Positions 41,908 to 51,800 of a stretch of 64,000 bases of DNA are shown in pieces. Origin of the DNA: an uncultured Alphaproteobacteria bacterium (GTDB lineage: Bacteria > Pseudomonadota > Alphaproteobacteria > RF32 > CAG-239). The first letter of the stretch is position 1, and every line of letters starts with the position of its first letter. Location of the stretch: assembly GCA_934276635.1 (NCBI GenBank), contig CAKQTH010000003.1:3063-67062 (forward strand). The letters run 5' to 3'. Under the pieces are notes generated by a model, which saw only the letters and a list, made by a program, of their open reading frames with translations, ran no database searches and was not told the DNA's origin. A program made the position numbers and the translations under genes.

Positions 41908-44900
41908 TTAGTTCCTCCGATTTTGCGCAACTTCCTGCAGAGCATAGCCGGCAACTTTCTTATCTAAATCTACAAACGAACCATTATTTTTGATATATCC
42001 GATATCTTTTCCGTCAACCGAAACAACGCGGCCGGATGCATTGACTCTTCCGAGATATGTGCCGTCATTGCTCAAAACGCTGGCGCCGATTTTATATATC
42101 GCACCCAAAATATCATTTTGATTATCTATGACATATCCGCCGGAGAGCACTCTTCCGATTGTATCTCCGTTTTCGGAAACAACCGTACCGTCATATTTTA
42201 CAAAACCGACTACCTTATCTTTTTGGTCAATAACAATATCTCCGTCCAAAACCTCGCCGATAAGTTTTCCATATGAGTTAACCGCTTTGCCGTCGGAAAG
42301 CATTTTTCCAATAACAATTCCGGTCTTGTCGGCAATTTCTCCGTTCGGCAAAACCATTCCGATCAAATTTCCCGAAAAATCAACCACCGGCCCGCGTTTC
42401 AAAAGACTGAGGTTTTTGTCGGTCGAACCGCCCGGAAGAACGGCCGTAATATTTTCGCCGTTAAGGCTGACAACATTTCCGAGCGCATTAATATAACCTT
42501 TTGCATCACCGAATACATCTATTGCAACGCCTTCGGCCACAACATCTCCGACCAGTTTGCCTTCTTTATTCAGAACTTTTCCGTCCGCAGTCGCAACGCC
42601 TTGAACTTCTCCGTCCAAATCTGCGATATCGCCGTCTTCAACCACATATCCGAAATAAGAACCGTCATATCCGATTGCCGCGCCTGAAACAACCATTGCA
42701 CCTTTCATATTTCCCTTATTGTCAAAATATGTTCCTTTGGCATCAACATAACCGAGCTGTTCGCCGAAACGGCTGATAACTCTTCCGTCATAAATAACTT
42801 TTCCGATTTTTTTGCCCGAAAAATCTATAACGGAATTAAACGGCAGATTAACCCCAATTATATCTCCGTAAAAACTCTTGCCGTCGCCGAACATCTTGCC
42901 GATGGATTTTCCGGCCGCATCATAAACATTGCCATCAAAAAACAGAGTTCCGATATATTGTCCTTTGGCGTTGATAATCGGGTTATGCTCCGGCAACGCC
43001 ACACCGACAACTTTGTTGTCTTTGTCTATAATCATATTGTTCATTGCCAGATGCATACCTTCTTTGCCTTTGACCGGAACTTCACCTCGGTCGTTTACAA
43101 AATTCAGAAAATTGCCTTTCAAATCAAACGCATATTTGCTGTTCAAAATTTTGCCGATATGCCGCCCGTTCTGGTCTATAATATCTCCCGAAACTCCGAC
43201 GCAGCCGACCGGAAGCATTGCCGGCGAAACCACAACGCCGTTGTCGTTTACATATCCGATATATTCTCCGTTATAGCTGAAACCGGCACCGTGTTCAACG
43301 ACTCTTCCTACTAAATCGCCGTTTTCGTTCAAAACACCACCGTCCGGATTTAAGCAACCGACATAATTTCCGGCGTCGCTTTTTACAATACCATCAGTTC
43401 CTGCTTTTCCGAGATAATTGCAGCGGCTGTCATAAACACGCCCTGTTTTCAGCGGTTGTCCGACATAGCGGTTCTGTTCGTCCAAAATCACGCCGTCAGG
43501 AATAACTCTGTATGGAAGTTCTTCTTTTCCGGCAATGACTTTTCCGCTTTTTTCAAGGTATCCTATGCGTCTGCAGCCCCAGCCGATAACCATTCCTCCG
43601 GCAACGCCTCTGCCTATAACTTTGCTGCCGGCCGGATTTTTAATAAGCGTATTCGGCAAAAGCCTACCGACAACCTCACCTTTTTCGTTTTTGACATCTC
43701 CGTTGTTGGCAACCTCGCCCAAAATACTTCCGTCCGGAGCTACCGGAATCAGGTTTGTATTAACCAAAGCGCCTATTTTTCTGCGCTGTCCGGCAACACC
43801 GATAACATTGCCGTTCGCATCAACGATTCTTCCGTCAGCCGTAACTTTTCCAACAACATTACCGTCTTTGTCAACCACCGTTCCGTCTGGCATAACGCGC
43901 CCGATGACATTTCCGTTTTCATCAAATGCAAGCTGACTTTCATCGCCAACTTTACCGATAACATTTCCGTCTTTATCAACAATCGTGCCGTCTTCGTTAA
44001 CTTTGCCGACTATGTTGCCGTTAAAATCAACAACATTGCCGTTTTCATCGACATAGCCGATTAAATTGCCATCTTTATCATAGGCGCCGCGTCTTTTTAC
44101 CGGTTCTACCGGTGTATATATATTGCCGTTTTCGTCAACATAGCCTACAATATTTCCGTTTTCATCAACAATTGAGCCATCAGGCATAACAACGCCGAGA
44201 TAATTCCCGTTCTCGTCAGTCGCGATTTTTCCGGCTTTGGCAACTCGGCCGATGACATTGCCGTCAAAATCAACCACCGTTCCGTCCTCATTAAGTTTTC
44301 CGATAACATTGCCGTCTTTGTCAACCACCGTTCCGTCCGGCATAACACGGCCGATAATATTTCCGTTTTCGTCATACACAAATCCGGTATCTACCGCTTT
44401 GCCGATGACATTGCCGTCTTTGTCAACCACCGTTCCATCCGGCATAACCTTTCCGATAACATTGCCGTCTTTGTCAACCACTGTTCCGTCAGGCATAACC
44501 TTTCCGATGACATTACCGAATTCGTCATACACAAGCTTTTCGTTATCCGCAACACCGATAATATTGCCGTCTTTATCAACAACCATACCGGCAGAATTTA
44601 CACGGCCGATAATATTTCCGTTTTCGTCGCGGACATAACCGTCATCATCGATATATCCAATGACTTCTCCGTTCGGTCCGATTGCAACACGGGATTTATC
44701 TATTGTGGCTTTTTTGCTTTCTGCCGCCGGAGCTTCGCAAAAATTGCAGTCTTCTTTGCGGATTGCGCGGCCGTATACCGGAACTTTTGAGGCTTTGGCG
44801 TTCGCATCGCTGACATTTGTTTCTCTCCACGATATCACAAAGTTATTCTGCACATTTCCGGCCACAATCGGCGCCCATTTTATGGTAATATGGCATGTCT

Positions 44901-45342
44901 GGTCGCCTCTGAGTTCTTGATTGGAGCATCTTTCTTCATAAACAAATCCGTCCGCCGGAGGGTCAGCCAAATTTACCGCCACAATTCGTATCGCGGTTTT
45001 TCCGTTGGTGCCGATAGTCAAAACATTGTCTGCAGTCGTACCGAGCACAACCTGCCCCATTTCAACCGGATCCGGCGTGGTCGTAATCGGAATTTCGCCT
45101 TCTTCAACATCGGAAAATTCTATATTGTCGGTCAGAACATTCCCCGTATCAAGATTTAGAGCATCATCATTGGCCGTAAATACCGGCTCTTCAAAGGTCT
45201 CTTCCACCGTATTGCTTTGAATAAGCAAAAATACGCCTAAAAAGAAAACCACCATAGAGACTATTCCGACAATCAGAATAATTCTGTTGGTTTTCTTTAT
45301 ATAGGTCTCAGAATGTGTAAGTCTTTGTTCTTCTTTACTCAT
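41908..45342 (-). CDS. N-terminally membrane-anchored repeat protein (1144 aa) built from the same repeat as the VirB10-like protein
   Basis: The track ORF starts at 45363. ATG at 45342 forms an ATGA overlap with the virB9 stop. MSKEEQRLTHSETYIKKTNRIILIVGIVSMVVFFLGVFLLI gives a cytoplasmic tail plus one TM helix. A ~150-aa Cys-containing beta-type domain follows, then ~920 aa of repeats, e.g. VMPDGTVVDKDGNVIGKVMPDGTVVDKDGNVIGK. Confidence 0.85.
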   Translation of the reverse strand: MSKEEQRLTHSETYIKKTNRIILIVGIVSMVVFFLGVFLLIQSNTVEETFEEPVFTANDDALNLDTGNVLTDNIEFSDVEEGEIPITTTPDPVEMGQVVLGTTADNVLTIGTNGKTAIRIVAVNLADPPADGFVYEERCSNQELRGDQTCHITIKWAPIVAGNVQNNFVISWRETNVSDANAKASKVPVYGRAIRKEDCNFCEAPAAESKKATIDKSRVAIGPNGEVIGYIDDDGYVRDENGNIIGRVNSAGMVVDKDGNIIGVADNEKLVYDEFGNVIGKVMPDGTVVDKDGNVIGKVMPDGTVVDKDGNVIGKAVDTGFVYDENGNIIGRVMPDGTVVDKDGNVIGKLNEDGTVVDFDGNVIGRVAKAGKIATDENGNYLGVVMPDGSIVDENGNIVGYVDENGNIYTPVEPVKRRGAYDKDGNLIGYVDENGNVVDFNGNIVGKVNEDGTIVDKDGNVIGKVGDESQLAFDENGNVIGRVMPDGTVVDKDGNVVGKVTADGRIVDANGNVIGVAGQRRKIGALVNTNLIPVAPDGSILGEVANNGDVKNEKGEVVGRLLPNTLIKNPAGSKVIGRGVAGGMVIGWGCRRIGYLEKSGKVIAGKEELPYRVIPDGVILDEQNRYVGQPLKTGRVYDSRCNYLGKAGTDGIVKSDAGNYVGCLNPDGGVLNENGDLVGRVVEHGAGFSYNGEYIGYVNDNGVVVSPAMLPVGCVGVSGDIIDQNGRHIGKILNSKYAFDLKGNFLNFVNDRGEVPVKGKEGMHLAMNNMIIDKDNKVVGVALPEHNPIINAKGQYIGTLFFDGNVYDAAGKSIGKMFGDGKSFYGDIIGVNLPFNSVIDFSGKKIGKVIYDGRVISRFGEQLGYVDAKGTYFDNKGNMKGAMVVSGAAIGYDGSYFGYVVEDGDIADLDGEVQGVATADGKVLNKEGKLVGDVVAEGVAIDVFGDAKGYINALGNVVSLNGENITAVLPGGSTDKNLSLLKRGPVVDFSGNLIGMVLPNGEIADKTGIVIGKMLSDGKAVNSYGKLIGEVLDGDIVIDQKDKVVGFVKYDGTVVSENGDTIGRVLSGGYVIDNQNDILGAIYKIGASVLSNDGTYLGRVNASGRVVSVDGKDIGYIKNNGSFVDLDKKVAGYALQEVAQNRRN
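43850..44560 (-). repeat. Near-identical 51-bp (17-codon) DNA repeats inside the 1144-aa gene
   Basis: The units at 44411-44461 and 44462-44512 differ at 4 of 51 positions. Further copies of ATTGCCGTCTTTGTCAACCACCGTTCCGTC(C/T)GGCATAAC start at about 44308 and 43858. Confidence 0.85.
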
Positions 45343-46976
45343 TGTATCCTTACTACGCTGCAAAATACGCCGTTACGCCCAAGCTGGCTGCAAACTTTGT
45401 CGCCAGCGTCCAAACTTTTTACCGGCCCGACTCTCAAATGAAACAGCTCTTTGCCTTGTCCATCGGCCGGGGCATCAACCGAATAAAACGGCTGATATTC
45501 ACCCAGAACTCCGGAATATTTATCCGACAAATCACTCCAAAGCGTTTCCAAATTCGTTACATTTGCATCTGTGCCGAGTTCAATCGAAATATTTGAGCCG
45601 GAAGCATCAGACAAACCTGAGCCGTAACGATATCCGCTATACGGATTTTGTCCACCGACCGCGCCATAAGCGCCGCCTTGACCAAATCCTTGTCCCTGAC
45701 CTTGTTCGGCACCCCGATTCCAGCCGTATTGTCCTTTCTGTCCGCCCGCATAATCAGCATTATCTCTGACCGGCAATCTTCCGTTCATTGCGTCTTCATA
45801 GCTGATTGAATTTCCGCCGCTGGCATAAGAGTTAACTCCGTTTCCATAAGAGGCTTCTCCACCCTGAGACGAGCCGCCGTATGCTCCGCCGTTGCCGGAA
45901 CCGGAACCGTCTTGTCCGTCAGGCATTTTCGGGCCGACATCCCAGCCGTGTTCCTGATATGTCGGAGAAAATTCGAGCCCCTGATCGTCGGAACGACGCA
46001 ACTTCAGGCAAACAATTCTTTTGCCGTTGCGCAAAACCATATCGCCGATACCCTCAACGATAATCAGTCTGTTGTTAGGACCTTTTGTTCTGAATCCGAC
46101 CGGAGTTTCAATTTTTTCAACAATCAGAGTTACAATCGGGCGCTGTGTCATTGTCAGCGATTTTTCGCCCAAATCAATATATGTGAAAATATCGTCACGC
46201 CATACTCTTTCCGGTGCAATAACCACATCGTCCGGATTCGGCACATAAACTTCTATATCAAAACGGAATTTTGACGGATCCATCGGGATACTCTGAAGCC
46301 AGTCATCTTGTAAAAATCTTTTTGTAAAGCGAGAATCTACCGAGAACGGATTTCCGTTGTTGCTGCTTGCGTTTACATGTCCGCCGCTCTTTATCGGAAC
46401 GCCGCCGGAAGCCTTAGATTTTCCGTTTCCGTCAATAACTTCGATATCAATAATTGAGTTTGTCAGTCTTTCGGTATTAACCCCTTCGCTCTTTACATAG
46501 AACACATATTTATTTCCGCTGCGGCCAAAAACGATAATATTTGTATCAACGCCGACATTGGCGCCTTTCTTCGGATATAGCAACAAGGTATTCGGGCCGG
46601 AAATTTGTCCGTCAAAAGTAGCGCTATCGCCGATATAGATGTCTTCTACCATTTCCCATTCCGGAAAATTGACCAAAGTCATCATACCTTCGCGCAGGCG
46701 CATCGGCAACACCAAATCAGGCGTCCAATAATATTTTGAATAAGCAGGTTTGCTTTGTCCTTCACCCAAATTTTGCAGAGGATCAAGCCACGCGCTTTGA
46801 ATCATGCCCAAAGAGTTGAACCCGGCATATCCCATATCCATCGGGGTATATTGTCCGGTGCTTTGGTCGGCGTTTTGATCAAGGCTTCCGGTAGAAACCT
46901 GTGCCCTTACATTGCCCGTTGCAAACAGAGCAACTGCCAAAATCAAAAATATTTTCCTAAACTGACAAACCATCAT
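45339..46976 (-). CDS. virB9: VirB9-like outer-membrane core protein with Gly/Ser/Gln-rich linker and C-terminal SPOR-like domain (545 aa)
   Basis: Signal peptide [25 protein letters not shown]. VirB9/CagX-type N-domain (…MTLVNFPEWEMVEDIYIGDSATFDGQ…NKYVFYVKSEG…) and C-domain (…IAPERVWRDDIFTYIDLGEK…RLIIVEGIGDMVLRNGKRIVCLKL). The final 85 aa are …LFHLRVGPVKSLDAGDKVCSQLGRNGVFCSVVRIQ. Confidence 0.88.
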   Translation of the reverse strand: MMVCQFRKIFLILAVALFATGNVRAQVSTGSLDQNADQSTGQYTPMDMGYAGFNSLGMIQSAWLDPLQNLGEGQSKPAYSKYYWTPDLVLPMRLREGMMTLVNFPEWEMVEDIYIGDSATFDGQISGPNTLLLYPKKGANVGVDTNIIVFGRSGNKYVFYVKSEGVNTERLTNSIIDIEVIDGNGKSKASGGVPIKSGGHVNASSNNGNPFSVDSRFTKRFLQDDWLQSIPMDPSKFRFDIEVYVPNPDDVVIAPERVWRDDIFTYIDLGEKSLTMTQRPIVTLIVEKIETPVGFRTKGPNNRLIIVEGIGDMVLRNGKRIVCLKLRRSDDQGLEFSPTYQEHGWDVGPKMPDGQDGSGSGNGGAYGGSSQGGEASYGNGVNSYASGGNSISYEDAMNGRLPVRDNADYAGGQKGQYGWNRGAEQGQGQGFGQGGAYGAVGGQNPYSGYRYGSGLSDASGSNISIELGTDANVTNLETLWSDLSDKYSGVLGEYQPFYSVDAPADGQGKELFHLRVGPVKSLDAGDKVCSQLGRNGVFCSVVRIQ

Positions 46977-46987
46977 TTTGTTACCTT

Positions 46988-47740
46988 TTATTGTACTTTA
47001 TTATGCATTAGAGAATATCTTACAACTGTAAATCCTACCGGATTTTTCATTCTTTCGCCATATTTTACGGTTTTTTCGCGATATACAATCCGCAAAGAGG
47101 CTGTCCAATAATTTATCTCCGGAGCGGCAGAGTTCGGATACATATCCTGCGTTTCATACTCAACCTGCCACAATCCGCTGTCAAGTTCGTTAACCGTCAG
47201 AATTCTGACCATACGAATAATGCCCTTTGTTTGAATAATTTTGAGCGCGCGTTTGGCTGTTTTTTCCAAAAAATCAGCATACACGCCGGAAGACGACATC
47301 TCTTGAATCATTCCACCGGGCATCCAACGCGCTTCCATTTCCTGTAAATCAGAATCAAAAGAGCTGCGGTTCAGCACATATTCGCGCACAAACGCTTCCG
47401 TAATGGATTTTCTGTCTTCCATTTTTCCGTTAATCGGAACAATGTTATAAACTTGTTCATCTTTGCTTTGAAAAGTCAACAAAAACGGTTCAACACGATA
47501 AAGCGGAATAAGCTGCATAATCGCAATCAGCAAAACAAGATTGCAACAAAGGCTTATTGCGGTCACAACCGCAAAGGCTCTGGCAGTCCACAGATATCTT
47601 TTTTCGCTGGCATTAACCAAAACCGCATCTTCACTGGCCTTAACTCTTTTACGCGGAGCAGACGAAGGGCGTTGAGCAGTCGGTCTTCCGTTGCCTATCA
47701 ATCGTGTGTTAACACCGTTATTGTTAAAATTTTCTGCCAT
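46988..47740 (-). CDS. virB8: VirB8-like protein, copy adjacent to virB9 (250 aa)
   Basis: Bitopic: basic N-tail, TM helix (…AFAVVTAISLCCNLVLLIAIMQLI…), then a periplasmic domain ending …YWTASLRIVYREKTVKYGERMKNPVGFTVVRYSL, the typical VirB8 C-terminus. Confidence 0.88.
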   Translation of the reverse strand: MAENFNNNGVNTRLIGNGRPTAQRPSSAPRKRVKASEDAVLVNASEKRYLWTARAFAVVTAISLCCNLVLLIAIMQLIPLYRVEPFLLTFQSKDEQVYNIVPINGKMEDRKSITEAFVREYVLNRSSFDSDLQEMEARWMPGGMIQEMSSSGVYADFLEKTAKRALKIIQTKGIIRMVRILTVNELDSGLWQVEYETQDMYPNSAAPEINYWTASLRIVYREKTVKYGERMKNPVGFTVVRYSLMHNKVQ

Positions 47741-47756
47741 ACACTTGTCCTAAAAA

Positions 47757-47945
47757 CTATAATGTTTCAACAAACCAATCAGGAAGAGAATTTATAAGCT
47801 CTACCTGCATACAAGCGCACGGAGAAAGTTTAAGTTCGTTAAGCGCACGGCCAACGCCTACCGGTTCGCTTTCATAATATGAACCGAAAAGCGAACAAGA
47901 AGTCAAACCAAGCACCAGAACTAAAAGAAATACCTTCTTAAACAT
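47757..47945 (-). CDS. virB7: VirB7-like small lipoprotein (62 aa)
   Basis: I start it at ATG 47945: MFKKVFLLVLVLGLTSC, a lipobox with Cys. Its small size and position between the two virB8 genes match the rvh layout. No sequence-family check was possible. Confidence 0.6.
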   Translation of the reverse strand: MFKKVFLLVLVLGLTSCSLFGSYYESEPVGVGRALNELKLSPCACMQVELINSLPDWFVETL

Positions 47946-48092
47946 CTTGATGTTCCTATATAAAATATGTCCAGACAATATTCAGTTTAGACCTTTTTTT
48001 TTAAAAGTCTAACCCGAAGCCGATAAATCCCCAACTTATCAACAGCTTGAAGCTTATACCGAAAATATTAATATATGATAAATTTTATAAAA

Positions 48093-48842
48093 TTATAGGA
48101 CTTCGACCTCGGTTTGCGAATATCTGACCACCGTAAAGCCCAACGGGTTAAACAATCTGACGCTCATAAGCTCGCGGCCACGAATAAAATATGCGGTCAT
48201 AGAAGCTGTCCAATACTTTGTTTTCAAAGGAATTTCTCCGGTCCTAAGGTCTCTGGCCTGAGGATTCAACTCATAAGTCTTAAAGTCGATTTTCCAAACC
48301 GGAGAATTTTCTCCGCCCTGCTTTCCGACCGATATAATTTCAACCTCGCGAGAAGCTCCGGAATCTCTGACGGACTGCCATTCCGCTTTTCTTTGCTTGT
48401 CAAACTCATCAAAAACATTCTGCATCGACAAAAAGTGAACCCAGCCGCCTGCAAACCATCTGATTTGCATCTCTCTTTCATCGTTAATCAGCGAGTTGCG
48501 TATAATCACATATTGCTTTACAAAAATTTCCATCAGCTGCTTTTTAGAGGCCATATTATACTCTATCGGCTCGTGGCGCACAAGCCCGTCGGTCGCATCC
48601 TGTTTAACAATCAAAAACGGTTCGACTTCAACCCTAGGCGCCATTCGAAACAGCACCAAAGAGGCAGCCATAAACACAATAAGAGAAACGGAAGCAAACA
48701 AAATGAGCAAACGAGCCAACCACTTATAATAATTTTCTTTCAAAGTGGAAAGCCGGCCGTCAACTTCGGTCGCATACGCGCGCTGCGGCTCAGAATTTTT
48801 GTTTTCATTCGTAATTGCTAAAATTTTTGTTCCGTCATTCAT
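48093..48842 (-). CDS. virB8: VirB8-like protein, second paralog (249 aa)
   Basis: Same architecture as the other copy (TM helix …LLILFASVSLIVFMAASLVLF…; C-terminus …YWTASMTAYFIRGRELMSVRLFNPLGFTVVRYSQ). Confidence 0.88.
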   Translation of the reverse strand: MNDGTKILAITNENKNSEPQRAYATEVDGRLSTLKENYYKWLARLLILFASVSLIVFMAASLVLFRMAPRVEVEPFLIVKQDATDGLVRHEPIEYNMASKKQLMEIFVKQYVIIRNSLINDEREMQIRWFAGGWVHFLSMQNVFDEFDKQRKAEWQSVRDSGASREVEIISVGKQGGENSPVWKIDFKTYELNPQARDLRTGEIPLKTKYWTASMTAYFIRGRELMSVRLFNPLGFTVVRYSQTEVEVL

Positions 48843-48851
48843 CTCTTATCC

Positions 48852-51800
48852 TCAATCTACGGCATAATTTGCACAATACGGCTGAACTCCGCCCTTCATC
48901 TCATTGGCAAAGGCTTCTTCCTCTTGCTTTTTATATTCTTCGCTGGCTTTGCGGTTTACCTGCTCGGATATAACTTTTTGAGCAAAATCTGCCGAATTTC
49001 CGTCCGTATCTTCACCGACAACCACCACTTCTTCATTGTCTTTTACCAAAGCGGCATACATTCCTTTGAGCTTTTTGAATTTTTCTTTCAAATACTCGTT
49101 GTTTTCTTCCTGCATTCCGCTCAAAGAAGAATATGCTGTTTTCAGGTTTTTATTCTTGATGGATTCCATCGCCTGCGCAACCTGATTATAATCGGCGTCT
49201 ATTGCCAAATCCAAATCCGGTTTCGGAGAAAATCCGGCTTTTTTCAGCGATTCAATAAGGCTTTCTCTTAAAGCATCGACCTCTTCTTTGAGTTCTTCCT
49301 GCGCCTGCAATGTCGTCTGTTCGTTTTCGGCCAAAGTCAAAAAGTCTCCGAATTGGTTGCGGTTGAGCTGCGCACGATATTTTATAGCCATACTGTTGCT
49401 AGTCTTTTTGCTTTCAGTTGCGTCTCCGCCGTCCTCGTCCTTATCGATTTTATAAAAAGTATCTTTCGCACCTTTTGTAATCATAATAAAGCTCTTGCCG
49501 AGCTGTTTCGATGCCGAGAACAACAAGCCCATCTCGCTGCCTCTTTCTTTCGAACTGCTATAAGCATATCCTCTGTCCGCGAATATTTTATCATTAAAAT
49601 CAACATCTCCCTGAGCTTTGGCATATACCTTATCCGAAACCGTGTCCTGAACGCCTCCGCCCGGTTTCATAGGCGACGGCTTTGTTTGACTCAAATATAT
49701 TTCCTGACAATTCGGAATTTTTTCAAAGCTTTGTTTCGGCGCTCTGCGGCTCAAAATATATCCGTTTTTAGTTACTGCCGTTGTCGCCGGTATTTTGATA
49801 TCAACATAATAGTCGCCCATTTTGCACGGATAAATTCCGCTGCGGAAAAATTCTATATTTTTCTTATCATCTCTCGGGCTTCCCAATCCTTCGGTTCCGT
49901 TTTCCGTCGAAAACAAATTGTAGCTTTCTTCCACATACGAGTGCAAATCAAGCATTCTTTGCCAAATTTCCGGCATATTTGATACACTCTTCAAAATTGC
50001 GTCTTTGGTAACTTTTTTGCCGGTATAAGTATTTTTGTCATCATAACCATAACTTTTCGGCATATTTACATAGTCATCAACATCAAAATATATAATCTCG
50101 CGCATCGGCGGCAGATATTCCTGCGCGGCAACACGCGGAGCCTTAAAGTCTCGCGCCACTGGATACGCCCCGACGAAAAAGTCGGTATCGGCATTCAAAC
50201 AAACATTGTTTTCACAAACCTTATCCATCACATATTTTTGCAGAATTGATTTTGCAAGACTAATCATTCTATCCGTCCGATATCCCTTTGTTATTAAAGA
50301 TGTCAAAATAGAGGTTTGCGGATTTTTCAGTTCATCAATAAGTTCCTTATGAATCTTCATAAGTTCTTTGTGTCCGGCCGGAGTATAGATATAGTTATCG
50401 TCCTTTTTGCGCAATGCTTTAATTTTTTCTTCTGCACAAATTATTCTGTCTTTTGCATAATCCAAAACTCCGTTCCATTTATGCGAAGAAAAATCGGCTT
50501 TCGCTGTGCAGCTTCCGGCAGACGGGGTTCCGACAATATCGTCCACAATACCGACAAATTTTAAGATATATTTGTTTCTGTCAACAGTGTTTGTGTATAT
50601 TTTTTTATACATCTTTGCCAAACCGCCGTTTTTGTTTCTGCTGTCGAGCGTATTATTTTTTTGTTTTTGGATTTCTCCGTCAGCTCCGCTATAATATTCT
50701 TCTATATAAAGAATTTTGGCATCGGTACAAGCGTAGCTTTCTACATTATTACATTCCTTTTGCTTTTCAAGGCTGCATTGGTCCAAACTTTTTTTGCAGG
50801 TGTCCGGATCATCATTAAGCTTTTTCTTGTTTGCGGCAATCTCATTTTCCAATGTGGTAATTTGCTGTTGCAAAACAGACATCTGCTTATTTGCAACCGT
50901 CAGCTGCGCGTTAGTCTTTTCCAAAGTACTTTGGCTTTGTGCTTTGGTTTCTTTTGCATATATAGCCTGTCCTGATTTTTTATCTTTGGAAATTTCCTGT
51001 CTTTTGGCCACAATTTCCAGATTGTTATCCATATCCGTGATTGTGCCTTCAGCCTCTTTTTTTGTATCTTTCAGGTTGTCAATCGTTGTCTGAAGCTCGT
51101 TCTTTTGCGTATACAGTTTTTCGAGCTGGGTTGTTATCGCTTTATTCTTATTTTCCAAAGATCTCCGCGCTGTTTCTCCGGTGTTTTTAACACCTTGAAT
51201 TAACTGGTTCTTAGCGCTTACCAATTCGGCTAATTTTTTGTTGGCAAAAAAGTTTGTCGTGTAATCATATTTTCGACCGTTCAGCTTAGTTTTAAACTCA
51301 CTGAAGGCAGATCTCGCTTTTTCTTTTTCCTTATCATTTTTGTCATCGTCTTCATCATATCTTGTTCTGGAAACAAGCTCCGACATCATATCAATTCCGG
51401 TTCCGGTCAGCGCTGTCAATGTCTTGCCGTCGTCGTTTTCGTCCATATCAAAAAACGGCCATACATCGTTCAGATACAATTTCATATTTTGATATTTTTT
51501 CTCAAGATATTGATCATAGAATTTTTTCTGGTCATTCCATATCGGAAACTTGCGTTTCGGCTTGCCCCAGCTTTGCGTTGTATATTGATCCTGCGCCAGC
51601 TTTTTGGCCACCGCCGCGCCAATAAGGAAATTAAACTTATCTTTCAGGTGTTCGTTCTTTTTTATCTGCTCCTGACGGCTCGGAGAACCGGCTCCGGCAA
51701 CCGAGCTTGAACCATCGGAATCTTCATCGCTGGAGTGCTTTTGTTTCAATTTTGCCTTAGAATTTTGCACCGTTGCATCAACATCTTCACCGGTGTCGTC

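Noticed and set aside
41880-41930. The 1144-aa ORF and the VirB10-like ORF being one gene split by a sequencing error
   Set aside because: The two frames differ. The downstream ORF has its own GGAGGA plus GTG start and begins with a well-formed signal peptide, which would be pointless inside a fusion. This is kept as an alternative to test with reads rather than adopted.
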